Positions 10,244 through 18,758 of a stretch of 64,000 nucleotides of DNA are shown piece after piece. The notes under the pieces are model-generated. The model worked only from the letters and a program-made list of their open reading frames with translations, searched no databases and had not been told where the DNA came from. Position numbers and translations under genes: made by a program. Every line of letters begins with the position of its first letter. Within the stretch, counting starts at the first letter, position 1. The stretch is from a virus: positions 1 to 64,000 of the IMG/VR virus record IMGVR_UViG_3300044701_003269; one strand, 5' to 3'.

Positions 10244-10405
10244 ATGCCTAAGAATCAACTGACTAAAGACGAAATAAAAGTTCGTGTCTTAAAATTAAAA
10301 GACCAATTGTATAAGGACCACGTTAGACCAGAAATGGATATGAAAGGACTAGCCCATAAATATCTCAACGATGTCCTTGATATAATTGATGAGTACAGAT
10401 ATTGA
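10244..10405 (+). CDS. Hypothetical protein, 53 aa (MPKNQLTKDEIK...)
   Basis: Open frame overlapping the start of the next gene. Confidence 0.6.
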   Translation: MPKNQLTKDEIKVRVLKLKDQLYKDHVRPEMDMKGLAHKYLNDVLDIIDEYRY

Positions 10406-10832
10406 CTATGAAAACCCTTGGATGTATAATGAGGTTCCTTTTACCAGTGCTGATATTGGGGACAACTTTGGGTTTGTTTATCTCATTACCAATAAGCTCA
10501 ACTCAAGACAATACATTGGTAGAAAATATTTTTGGTCGTTCAGAACGCCAAAAGGTAAAAAACGAAAAGTAAAATCTGAATCTGATTGGAAAAACTATTA
10601 TGGGTCCTGTCCGGAACTTAAAGAAGACATTATCAAAACTGGTAGACAAAATTTTAGTCGAACTATCTTATCATTACATAAAACAAAGGGCAAAACAAAC
10701 TTTGAGGAGACCAGACGACTCTTCACCCACAATGTCCTCACAGAAGCCCTTGACAACGGAGACCCCGCCTTCTACAATAGCAACATCCTCAACAGGTACT
10801 TCCGAAAAGATTATTATGGAAACACAGATTGA
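10389..10832 (+). CDS. denA: GIY-YIG endonuclease, T4 endonuclease II-like
   Basis: GFVYLITN...YIGRK, ESDWKNYYGS, FYNSNI. Confidence 0.75.
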   Translation: MSTDIDYENPWMYNEVPFTSADIGDNFGFVYLITNKLNSRQYIGRKYFWSFRTPKGKKRKVKSESDWKNYYGSCPELKEDIIKTGRQNFSRTILSLHKTKGKTNFEETRRLFTHNVLTEALDNGDPAFYNSNILNRYFRKDYYGNTD

Positions 10833-11034
10833 AAGTGAACCTGTGGCACAAGTTCGTGAATGGGCTGTTGAAAAAATCCAACTTCTTCACGATGCAGATA
10901 GGCATAAGAATGCTAAAGCACTTGCAGCAGAGTTTGATGAATGGATTAATATTCCTGATGGTGTAGAGGAACTTGATTATCTCTGTTTAGAAGATCAAGA
11001 TTGGACTGACGAACAAGAGATTGATGTTCGGTAA
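10816..11034 (+). CDS. Hypothetical protein
   Basis: ATG at 10816 overlapping the denA end; acidic 72 aa. Confidence 0.6.
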   Translation: METQIESEPVAQVREWAVEKIQLLHDADRHKNAKALAAEFDEWINIPDGVEELDYLCLEDQDWTDEQEIDVR

Positions 11035-11043
11035 ACCAACTTC

Positions 11044-11072
11044 TTGACAAATCCTAAATATTCACTTATAAT
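11044..11072 (+). promoter_or_regulatory. Sigma70-type promoter with an embedded CTAAATA late-like element
   Basis: TTGACA-N17-TATAAT. Confidence 0.75.
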
Positions 11073-11127
11073 GTTAAGATTCACAACTATGTGAATCTTT
11101 TTTTATTATGAGATTTTGAGTGTGATT

Positions 11128-11192
11128 TAGAGCCGTGGGCGCTGCCCCTGAGAAGGGGAACTTCTCCTTTGCCTATACGGATGTAGAGTTCA
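11128..11192 (+). ncRNA. Putative structured cis-regulatory RNA in the 5' UTR of the lysozyme gene
   Basis: GC-rich island; CCGTGGGC/GCCTATACGG stem enclosing a CCCCT-GAGA-AGGGG GNRA hairpin. Confidence 0.45.
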
Positions 11193-11202
11193 ATTAAATT
11201 TA

Positions 11203-11868
11203 GTGCAAAATTTCTTTACAGTAGCCCTGCCCCTTCTGGCAACGGTTACAACCAACGCGGCATCACTGCCATTCGTCAACTACAAGATGCAAGGTCCGCC
11301 CCCTCCAGTTCCTGGACAAGCACCTTTCTCTATCGTTAAAGAATTTGACCTTGTAGATGAAAAGAAGACAGCAATCCGAGAGGTTGCATTACCAAAGCCA
11401 AAAGAAAAAAGGCTAATTTGTAAAGGGTGTAATGAACATGAGAATGCTACCCTGGCATTTTTCCAGGAACGTGGTATTAAAGACAGAAACGCCCTTGCTA
11501 CCATCATGGGTAATATTCGTCAGGAATCAACTTTTGTTCCTAACATTTGTGAAGGTGGTAGTAGAACCAGTTGGAGTAACTGCGGTGGCGGTTACGGACT
11601 GATTCAATGGACATCTGCCAACAGATATTATGGATTGGGTGATTTTGCTAAGAAGTATGGTGGTTCTCCATCATCACTTCACACGCAACTTCGTTATCTA
11701 ACAAATGAAGTCCAATGGCAACAGATCGAAGACAGGATGAAAACTCCTGGCAAGTCTATCAATCGTTACATGGACTATGCGTATAGTTGGATTGGTTGGG
11801 GCCATCATGGTGCCCGCACTTCGTATGCTCATGATTATGCGTCCCGACTGATTACGGTAGAAGTTTGA
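11203..11868 (+). CDS. Phage tail lysozyme-family (Phage_lysozyme2-like) cell-wall hydrolase with signal peptide
   Basis: ALATIMGNIRQES, GYGLIQWT, TQLRYL motifs; hydrophobic N-terminus ending TNAA. Confidence 0.75.
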   Translation: MQNFFTVALPLLATVTTNAASLPFVNYKMQGPPPPVPGQAPFSIVKEFDLVDEKKTAIREVALPKPKEKRLICKGCNEHENATLAFFQERGIKDRNALATIMGNIRQESTFVPNICEGGSRTSWSNCGGGYGLIQWTSANRYYGLGDFAKKYGGSPSSLHTQLRYLTNEVQWQQIEDRMKTPGKSINRYMDYAYSWIGWGHHGARTSYAHDYASRLITVEV

Positions 11869-11930
11869 TACAATAAAATATAACAACTGAATAATAAATA
11901 GAGGAGAGCGGTTGCTACTCCTCTTTTTTT

Positions 11931-12350
11931 ATGTTTAATTTTAACTTCGGTAAGAAGAGACCAGATAAGAAGCAGTTAATCATTATAAGCGCCATACTCA
12001 GTGCTATCGTAGCAACCCTTTCCCAATGCACTGGAGTGTCCCCAGAGCGTCTCTGGGACCTCCTAGACGAGGTGCAAAGGGAGTTCTTCCCACAGACCAT
12101 AATCAACGATGTCCTGCTCCAAGACCCAGGAGTAGTGGATAGAAGAGTTGAGAGGGATGTGGATAAAGCAATCAGAGAATATGAGGCCTTGACAAGGGAC
12201 TCCGAACCACCTAGGATACCTTTGCCCAGGTTGATTGAAAAGGCTCCAGATGAAGCTTTATGTTACTCAGAAGACTGTAAGAAACTTGGAGGTGAAATGA
12301 GATTATGTGCTCCATGGGTTGACAGTTGTAAGGAAGAGGATGTAAAATAG
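11931..12350 (+). CDS. Hypothetical membrane-anchored protein
   Basis: N-terminal TM helix; Cys-containing C-terminus. Confidence 0.65.
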   Translation: MFNFNFGKKRPDKKQLIIISAILSAIVATLSQCTGVSPERLWDLLDEVQREFFPQTIINDVLLQDPGVVDRRVERDVDKAIREYEALTRDSEPPRIPLPRLIEKAPDEALCYSEDCKKLGGEMRLCAPWVDSCKEEDVK

Positions 12351-12358
12351 AATACATC

Positions 12359-12440
12359 GGGTAGGTGTCCGAGTGGTTAATGGAGGCGGACTGTAAATCC
12401 GCTGGCTCTGCCTACGGGGGTTCAAATCCCTCCCTGCCCA
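12359..12440 (+). tRNA. tRNA-Tyr(GTA)
   Basis: GGGTAGG/CCTGCCC acceptor; GCGGA-CTGTAAA-TCCGC; long variable arm. Confidence 0.95.
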
Positions 12441-12479
12441 CCTTGACAATCAAATCCTTAACTGATATGATTGTCCCAT

Positions 12480-12553
<74 letters not shown>

Positions 12554-12557
12554 CCTT

Positions 12558-12639
12558 GTCGTTGTGGCGGAATTGGTAGACGCGCTGGGTTTAGGTTCCA
12601 GTAGATTAATCTGTGAAGGTTCAAGTCCTTTCAACGACA
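12558..12639 (+). tRNA. tRNA-Leu(TAG)
   Basis: GTCGTTG/CAACGAC acceptor; TTTAGGT loop; variable arm. Confidence 0.93.
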
Positions 12640-12678
12640 CTTGACAATCAAACTAAAATAGTTTATGATTGTCTCAAT

Positions 12679-12749
12679 GCGAAATTGGTGTAGTGGTAAC
12701 ATCCCATCCTTCCAAGTTGGTGTCACGGGTTCGAATCCCGTATTTCGCT
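12679..12749 (+). tRNA. tRNA-Gly(TCC)
   Basis: GCGAAAT/ATTTCGC acceptor; CTTCCAA loop. Confidence 0.92.
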
Positions 12750-12769
12750 CTGAACCTTAAGGTTCTTAT

Positions 12770-12841
12770 TCCCCTGTGGCGCAGCGGTAGCGCAGTTGAC
12801 TGTTAATCAATGGGTCGCAAGTTCGAATCTTGCCGGGGGAG
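12770..12841 (+). tRNA. tRNA-Asn(GTT)
   Basis: TCCCCTG/CGGGGGA acceptor; CTGTTAA loop. Confidence 0.95.
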
Positions 12842-12845
12842 CCTA

Positions 12846-12917
12846 GGGCGATTAGCGCAGTGGTAGCGCACCTCCTTTACACGGAGAGGGTCGGGGGTTC
12901 GAATCCCTCATCGCCCA
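12846..12917 (+). tRNA. tRNA-Val(TAC)
   Basis: GGGCGAT/ATCGCCC acceptor; TTTACAC loop. Confidence 0.95.
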
Positions 12918-12945
12918 CTTTCATAAATACTTACAAAAAAGTATA

Positions 12946-13380
12946 ATGGAAACACTATATAAGTTATTATCAGATACTCAAGCAAGTCTTTTTGTATTGT
13001 TTCAAAAGACTTGGATATATCATTGGAACGTAGTTGGTCCTAACTTTAAAGAGTTCCACGATTTATTTGGTGCTCATTATGAAGCAATGTTCGAACAGAT
13101 TGACCGTCTGACCGAGCATATGAGATATCTAAATATTAAACCAGTTCCTACTTTAACAAGAATTACTGAGGTATCTCACGTTGAAGAGGCAAATAGTTCT
13201 CTAGATGCTATGGGAATGGTGAATGACCTAATTAAGTGTCACGAAAAGATTATAGAACTTCTAACTCAAGTATCAGAAGAAGCTGAGAACCAGAAATCAA
13301 AAGGAACAATTAACCTTGTTGATGATTTAAATGAAGAACACGGCAAATTTATCTGGATGTTAAGGTCATTTACACAATGA
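12946..13380 (+). CDS. dps: Dps family ferritin-like protein
   Basis: HWNVVGPNFKEFHDLF...IDRLTEH, C-terminal KFIWML. Confidence 0.9.
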   Translation: METLYKLLSDTQASLFVLFQKTWIYHWNVVGPNFKEFHDLFGAHYEAMFEQIDRLTEHMRYLNIKPVPTLTRITEVSHVEEANSSLDAMGMVNDLIKCHEKIIELLTQVSEEAENQKSKGTINLVDDLNEEHGKFIWMLRSFTQ

Positions 13381-13395
13381 CAGGATTTATGAATT

Positions 13396-13641
13396 ATGAT
13401 TATAGTAAGATGCAGAGATTGCAACAGAGAATTAACTGGCACAAATAAAACTCAAGTTTGTGGTTGTCCTAATATGATGACCGTTAAAGGTGATAGTGTT
13501 TCGGCTGTTGACTTAAGTAGAGTAGTTATGGTAAACTCTACACAGAAAGAACAAAAGAACGTTCTAACTTCTCAAGATATTGCCTGGCAAGAGGCAAGAA
13601 GACAACGTAAAGTTCGTAGGTTAGACTTCGAAATTCGTTGA
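13396..13641 (+). CDS. Small Zn-ribbon-like hypothetical protein
   Basis: CRDC...CGCPN. Confidence 0.65.
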   Translation: MIIVRCRDCNRELTGTNKTQVCGCPNMMTVKGDSVSAVDLSRVVMVNSTQKEQKNVLTSQDIAWQEARRQRKVRRLDFEIR

Positions 13642-13651
13642 ACTTAATATT

Positions 13652-13736
13652 GGAAAGGTGGTCGAGTGGTTGAAGGCTCCAGTCTTGAAAACTGGCGATG
13701 TGCGAGCATCCGTGGGTTCGAATCCCACCCTTTCCG
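13652..13736 (+). tRNA. tRNA-Ser(TGA)
   Basis: GGAAAGG/CCTTTCC acceptor; CCAGT-CTTGAAA-ACTGG; long variable arm. Confidence 0.95.
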
Positions 13737-13859
13737 TTTCATATGATACCAATTTAATATTTTATTTGGTTTTCTGTATCGTAGTGTTACAAAACGCTGA
13801 CATTTTGTTGACTTTGAAATGTCTGTGATTAGTATATAATAGTAATACGTTTCACAGAA

Positions 13860-14009
13860 ATGGACCAACATACTTACGAAAATTGGGTCCGTATTAAAGC
13901 AACTTTTGAGGAATCTGGTAATACTGATAATATGTTCTATAAGAGAGCAGTTCAGATAGTTAAAACCAGAATAGACCCTCTCGCAAAATTTTTGGGAGAT
14001 GAGAAGTGA
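13860..14009 (+). CDS. Hypothetical protein, 49 aa (MDQHTYENWVRIK...)
   Basis: Follows a TTGACT-N17-TATAAT-like promoter; stop overlaps the next start. Confidence 0.6.
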   Translation: MDQHTYENWVRIKATFEESGNTDNMFYKRAVQIVKTRIDPLAKFLGDEK

Positions 14010-14209
14010 TGGAACCACACGATGAATTTATTACAAGAACTGAAGTGCAGGAGATGATTGATGATGCCATACGAAGACATAATCGTAATGCTTCGATTAT
14101 TTCAATGTGTGTTGGTTGGGTTGTTCTTGCTCTTTTTGCTGAAGGTCTTCTTCGACTCATTGGAGTAATACCACCAGTATTCCCATGGCTAGACATTACC
14201 CTGAAATAA
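14009..14209 (+). CDS. Small membrane protein
   Basis: EVQEMIDDAIRRHNRNA followed by a TM helix. Confidence 0.65.
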   Translation: MEPHDEFITRTEVQEMIDDAIRRHNRNASIISMCVGWVVLALFAEGLLRLIGVIPPVFPWLDITLK

Positions 14210-14770
14210 TAGGAATTGTTTTCCTGTTGGTTTTTGCTGCCACTATGTTCTATCAAGGAACGTGTATTATGCGAGGGCAGCGTGGATATTCTCTTCGTGA
14301 TTATCTCAAACAAGATAGTGAGAACATGCGTAAACGAATAGAAGAACTACTCAAGGATAAATGATTGTTCTAACAGAAGAGGATTTAAAAGAACTGCAGC
14401 AAAGAGTTCTGCAGTTAAAAATGAATGAACTATTTGAGGAACCATCTACATACGAGGATGAAGATGACGACGACTGATTGGCTTATATTCATTGAGTTCT
14501 TCTCTCACATCTTATACTTGTTTATTGCTTTTATGTGTGGGATAATTATTGGGTATATTGTTGGTTTTAGAGACGGAGGAATGTGATGTTTAAAACACTC
14601 TTGTTTTCCACTCTCATCTATGCTATACTGATGTTGTCTTGGATTTGTTCTCAATGATTTTCCACATTGTAGAAACACTGGCAGCAAATCAATTCTTTCT
14701 CTTTCTATGTGGGATGGGGTTGACAGTTATTCCTTTTGCTGGTATTATGTTTATACATAGAGAGAAGTAA
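14185..14770 (+). other. Run of tiny overlapping ORFs, mostly single-TM (14185-14364, 14361-14477, 14464-14586 and further)
   Basis: Chained start/stop overlaps; hydrophobic 30-60 aa peptides. Confidence 0.5.
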
Positions 14771-14844
14771 CGGGGTGTAGCGCAGCTTGGTAGCGCATCT
14801 GCTTTGGGAGCAGAGGGTCGCAGGTTCGAATCCTGTCACCCCGA
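14771..14844 (+). tRNA. tRNA-Pro(TGG)
   Basis: CGGGGTG/CACCCCG acceptor; TTTGGGA loop. Confidence 0.95.
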
Positions 14845-14861
14845 CTCATAAAAATCACTTT

Positions 14862-15089
14862 ATGAAAATGCAAGAACTAGAAGAACTTCAATCCTTTACA
14901 GTCAAAGAGTTTCAATCTGATTTTGATAATCTAATGCAAAGAGTAGAAAACGGTGAATCATTTATCATACGAGACGGAAATAATAGCGCAGTGATAGTTC
15001 CTTACAACGAAACCATAAGGTATGCAATAGAACCAGTTGTGGATTCGGAACTCATACGAATACACAAAGACCACGAAGAAGGTTCTTGA
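14862..15089 (+). CDS. Phd/YefM antitoxin-like protein
   Basis: FTVKEFQSDFDNLMQRVENGESFIIRDGNNSAVIVP fits the Phd/YefM N-terminal pattern. Confidence 0.6.
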   Translation: MKMQELEELQSFTVKEFQSDFDNLMQRVENGESFIIRDGNNSAVIVPYNETIRYAIEPVVDSELIRIHKDHEEGS

Positions 15090-15128
15090 CACAGGGTTCT
15101 GAGTCCCCTATAATAGATTCAGGTTCAA

Positions 15129-15203
15129 GGGACTGTCGCCTATGGGTTAAGGCCCACTGCTTATAACGGTGTGAACTGAGTTCAAGTCTCAGCAGTCCTA
15201 CCA
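15129..15203 (+). tRNA. tRNA-Ile(TAT) with encoded CCA
   Basis: GGGACTG/CAGTCCT acceptor; CACTG-CTTATAA-CGGTG. Confidence 0.88.
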
Positions 15204-15206
15204 AAT

Positions 15207-15279
15207 GCTCCTTTAGCAATCTGGTGAATGCAGCGAACTCATAATTCGCCTGAGGCGTGTTCGATCCACGCAAGGAGCA
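15207..15279 (+). tRNA. tRNA with CAT anticodon (elongator Met or Ile2)
   Basis: GCTCCTT/AAGGAGC acceptor; GCGAA-CTCATAA-TTCGC. Confidence 0.88.
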
Positions 15280-15304
15280 TAGGACAGAATCAACACTGTC
15301 CATC

Positions 15305-15333
15305 TTGACTTCTCCAAGTCAAACCCTTATAAT
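15305..15333 (+). promoter_or_regulatory. Sigma70-type promoter
   Basis: TTGACT-N17-TATAAT. Confidence 0.7.
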
Positions 15334-15355
15334 ACTAAGGTCAACATTCAAAACA

Positions 15356-15571
15356 ATGACTCTTACAGCAAAATTCAAGAAAGACATCCAAACTCTTCGT
15401 GGTGCAGCTAACGGCGATTTCTACCTTGATGTAAAGAATCCGAAACTATACAAAAAGGTTCGTCGGTATTATGAAAGTGAAGGCGTAGTATTTTCTGGAG
15501 ATCCTTTGGATGATTATGAAATGCTTATGGAATATGTCTTCCAAGATCTTGAATCCGTTGAGGTTGCGTGA
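15356..15571 (+). CDS. Conserved cyanophage hypothetical protein
   Basis: ATG 15356 downstream of promoter; LDVKNPKLYKKVRRYY. Confidence 0.7.
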   Translation: MTLTAKFKKDIQTLRGAANGDFYLDVKNPKLYKKVRRYYESEGVVFSGDPLDDYEMLMEYVFQDLESVEVA

Positions 15572-15828
15572 TGAACGTAACCAGGAAACCAAATATTCTT
15601 ATGGAACGTTTTCCTTATCGTTATGTCCAAGTTGGCACCTTGGAAATTAATGGTAAACCTGATTGTCGTATTCAAAAAGCAGACTCTTATACTGGACGAT
15701 ATCGAGATATGTATCTCTGCGATAATGAAATGCAGTTGATGACTGCTATGGAAGACTTTAATTATACTCTTTGGTTAGATCCAGAAAGAGTTCCTTGTTA
15801 TGTAAAAGACGATGAGGATGATGAGTAA
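15568..15828 (+). CDS. Hypothetical protein
   Basis: Translationally coupled ORF. Confidence 0.65.
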   Translation: MMNVTRKPNILMERFPYRYVQVGTLEINGKPDCRIQKADSYTGRYRDMYLCDNEMQLMTAMEDFNYTLWLDPERVPCYVKDDEDDE

Positions 15829-15876
15829 ATAGTCACGGATGGACTTTAACAGCACTGGTCGGGAGCAAACCCCTTT

Positions 15877-16104
15877 ATGGCAAAGTCTAATGTATGCAGA
15901 TACATTGGTAATATTCTTCTCTTATCAGGATATTTTTTCCTGCTATGGGGAGACATGAAGATTGGATTATTTGTAAAATGTATAGGGAACATCTTTGTTG
16001 TTCCTTTTGCAATCAAATATAAGTTCTGGGACATTCTCTTTTTATGTGGTTTCTATGCTGCTATTGAAGTGCCAAAACTAATCCAACTTTTCCTAGTTAA
16101 GTAA
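15877..16104 (+). CDS. Small three-helix membrane protein
   Basis: Hydrophobic 75 aa ORF; stop codon falls inside the RNA element. Confidence 0.55.
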   Translation: MAKSNVCRYIGNILLLSGYFFLLWGDMKIGLFVKCIGNIFVVPFAIKYKFWDILFLCGFYAAIEVPKLIQLFLVK

Positions 16105-16230
16105 AACTAGGTGGTGGAGTCAAGTATGACCCTATTAGGTTTCTTGCTTCCTTAAAAAGCAAGTGGTGCGGATGGGACTCTCTCCCGCCTGGTTTCCAAT
16201 TTCCAGTCAAAGAATTGGTGGCGAGCCTGA
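16086..16230 (+). ncRNA. wcaG/manA-type cyanophage structured RNA (three pseudoknot + UGGYG units)
   Basis: Three hairpins each followed by TGGYG, each loop complementary to a 3-4 nt segment just 5'; lies upstream of a WcaG-family epimerase. Confidence 0.75.
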
Positions 16231-16239
16231 ATAAATTTG

Positions 16240-16276
16240 AAGATGGGTTGCATAAACCCATCTTTTTTTGTATAAT
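16240..16276 (+). terminator. Terminator hairpin with an overlapping sigma70 promoter
   Basis: AAGATGGGTT/AACCCATCTT plus T run; TTGCAT-N17-TATAAT. Confidence 0.65.
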
Positions 16277-16302
16277 ATATAAAAAGAGTTTTAATGTAAT
16301 CT

Positions 16303-17361
16303 ATGAGTGATTATAAGAAGACGGCACTTGTGCTTGGTGCTGGTGGCTTTATTGGAAGTCATATGGTAAAGAGACTACGTTCTGAAGGTTACTGGGTTCG
16401 TGGTGTTGACCTTAAGATTCCAGAGTATTCTGAATCAGAAGCACATGAATTCATTACGGGTGACCTTAGAGACCTTTCTTTTGTAGAAAGAACAGTACAA
16501 TATAAAGGTCCTTATTGCAATTTTTATAACTTTGTTCCATCAAAGTATATTGAAACATTTGATGAGATCTATCAGTTTGCTGCTGATATGGGTGGTGCGG
16601 GATTTGTTTTTACTGGCGAGAATGATGCTGACATTATGCATAACTCAGCAACTATTAATTTGAATGTACTTGAGTCTCAACGTAAGTTGAATGACTTCAA
16701 AGGAACAAATAAAACTAAAATCTTTTATTCTGGATCTGCTTGCATGTATCCAGAGCACAATCAATTAGACCCAGAAAATCCAGATTGCCGTGAAGAATCA
16801 GCATACCCAGCTAACCCAGATTCTGAATATGGTTGGGAGAAACTGTTCTCAGAGCGGTTGTTTTTCGCTTATTCTCGTAATTATGGGATCCCTGTTCGGG
16901 TTGCTAGGTATCATAATATCTTTGGACCAGAGGGAACTTGGGAAGGGGGCAGAGAAAAAGCACCAGCAGCAATCTGTCGCAAAGTTGCCTATCTTCCTGA
17001 GGAGGGAGGATCCATCGAGGTGTGGGGAGATGGCTTACAAACTCGTTCCTTCTTGTATATTGATGAATGCATCGAAGCAACCCGCCGAATGATGGATTCT
17101 GATTTCCAAGGGCCAGTTAATATTGGTTCTGAGGAAATGGTAACTATCAACCAACTTGTTGATACTGCTGCAAAGGTTGCTGGTAAGAATGTAGAGAAGA
17201 ACCACATTGATGGTCCTCTTGGAGTTCGTGGCCGTAATTCAAACAATGATCTTATCCGTGAGAAACTTGGTTGGGATTATTCTCAAACTCTAGAAGAAGG
17301 AATTCGTAAGACTTACAATTGGATTTCTGAACAAATCAAAGGAGAAAAAACTAGTGATTGA
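16303..17361 (+). CDS. NAD-dependent epimerase/dehydratase, GDP-mannose 3,5-epimerase-like
   Basis: GAGGFIG, AADMGG, YGWEK, RYHNIFGP, GVRGRNS. Confidence 0.9.
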   Translation: MSDYKKTALVLGAGGFIGSHMVKRLRSEGYWVRGVDLKIPEYSESEAHEFITGDLRDLSFVERTVQYKGPYCNFYNFVPSKYIETFDEIYQFAADMGGAGFVFTGENDADIMHNSATINLNVLESQRKLNDFKGTNKTKIFYSGSACMYPEHNQLDPENPDCREESAYPANPDSEYGWEKLFSERLFFAYSRNYGIPVRVARYHNIFGPEGTWEGGREKAPAAICRKVAYLPEEGGSIEVWGDGLQTRSFLYIDECIEATRRMMDSDFQGPVNIGSEEMVTINQLVDTAAKVAGKNVEKNHIDGPLGVRGRNSNNDLIREKLGWDYSQTLEEGIRKTYNWISEQIKGEKTSD

Positions 17362-17890
17362 TTTTAAACAAGAATATATTGATTTTTGCAATTTGCAACC
17401 ATCGGATATTAATGAACATTTACCTACATTGTATGAATACGCTAAAAAGTGTAATCATGTAACTGAAATGGGTGTTAGAGGTGGAAATAGCTCTAGAGCA
17501 TTTTTGTATGCAAATCCAAAACGATACATTGCCTATGATTTAGAATTATTTGATAGAGTTATCGAATTATTTGAACATTCGCAACAACTGGGGAATGATC
17601 ACCATTATGTAAAAGCTGATGTCTTAGAAATTGAAATAGAAGAGACTGACCTTTTGTTCATTGATACAATGCATATTTACGAACAACTTAGAAATGAATT
17701 AGAGCTTCATGCGGGCAAAGTTAAAAAATATATTGCATTCCATGATACTGAAACTTTTGGTAGGGTAGGTGAGATTGGTGGTAAAGGACTTCTATATGCA
17801 ATTGAAGAATTTTTGGAAGAAAATGATAATTGGAAAATAGTTCATGATGCAAAAAATAATAATGGACTTATGATAATTGAGAAAATCTAA
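17354..17890 (+). CDS. Class I SAM-dependent methyltransferase (Methyltransf_24-like)
   Basis: EMGVRGG, DLLFIDTMH, AFHD. Confidence 0.75.
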   Translation: MIDFKQEYIDFCNLQPSDINEHLPTLYEYAKKCNHVTEMGVRGGNSSRAFLYANPKRYIAYDLELFDRVIELFEHSQQLGNDHHYVKADVLEIEIEETDLLFIDTMHIYEQLRNELELHAGKVKKYIAFHDTETFGRVGEIGGKGLLYAIEEFLEENDNWKIVHDAKNNNGLMIIEKI

Positions 17891-17902
17891 GGTACAGGTT
17901 AT

Positions 17903-18757
17903 ATGAAATTGAGAAATTGTAAGTACATCTGCTCAACAGGTGGAAAAAGAGATGGTGAAGATATAGTAGAAAATTTAAATGTATTGGAAAACCATTGGGA
18001 TTGTGGATTTTATTCAAATCATACCCAAACATTTTTATCGTTATTAATTTTATCCTCTCATGGCATTGTTCCAGACAAGATAGATTACTCGAATGGATTT
18101 AAATGCTTTGCTCCAGAGGCAGAAAAAAATCTTGATATTTATTCTGACTTCTGTAAAATTGATGAAAGTCAACAAATTCCATTATACCAAAATATTTTTA
18201 TCCCAGATGAAAATAGAAAAGACTTTGGAAACTATCAGTTTCCAATATACAATCCTATTGTAAAAAGATTCTTTTCTCCCAGTGAAACCATTGAAAATAG
18301 AAAAAAAGAATTGGTAGAAAAATATAAAATAAATTTTTCAAAAACAATTTCTGTTTTGTATAGAGGAACTGATAAGTGGACAGAGGTAAGACTTGCCCCA
18401 GCTGAGCATTATTTGAGTGCAGTTCAACAAATATTGGATCAAACGGATGCTGAAAAGGTATTAATCCAAACCGATCAAACTCAAGTTTTAGAATTCTTCA
18501 AGGAAAAATTGGGTGACAAGGTAATTCATTTTGAAGAAACACCATCTACTTCAGGATCTAAAGCTATGAATGCTGTAATGTCCGAGTCTGATAAAAGTCA
18601 AATTGATTGGATGCAGTGGTTTGATGCTGCATTGAGATGTGTTTCTGAGAGTGCTTATTTGGTAAATCATACGGGCAATTGTGGACTGTGGGCAAATCTT
18701 TATCGGGGAAATGTAAACAATGTTTTTCAATTTAGTCAGTTTGGAGTTCTAGATTAA
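17903..18757 (+). CDS. Putative GT-B fucosyltransferase-like glycosyltransferase (NodZ/GT23-like)
   Basis: SVLYRGTDK and IQTD motifs. Confidence 0.6.
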   Translation: MKLRNCKYICSTGGKRDGEDIVENLNVLENHWDCGFYSNHTQTFLSLLILSSHGIVPDKIDYSNGFKCFAPEAEKNLDIYSDFCKIDESQQIPLYQNIFIPDENRKDFGNYQFPIYNPIVKRFFSPSETIENRKKELVEKYKINFSKTISVLYRGTDKWTEVRLAPAEHYLSAVQQILDQTDAEKVLIQTDQTQVLEFFKEKLGDKVIHFEETPSTSGSKAMNAVMSESDKSQIDWMQWFDAALRCVSESAYLVNHTGNCGLWANLYRGNVNNVFQFSQFGVLD

Positions 18758-18758
18758 A

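Noticed and set aside
13776-13790. NtcA site upstream of the micro-ORF cluster
   Set aside because: Spacing is GTA-N9-TAC, not N8.
16086-16230. Mini CRISPR array
   Set aside because: The units share structure and TGGYG but not an identical repeat with unique spacers.
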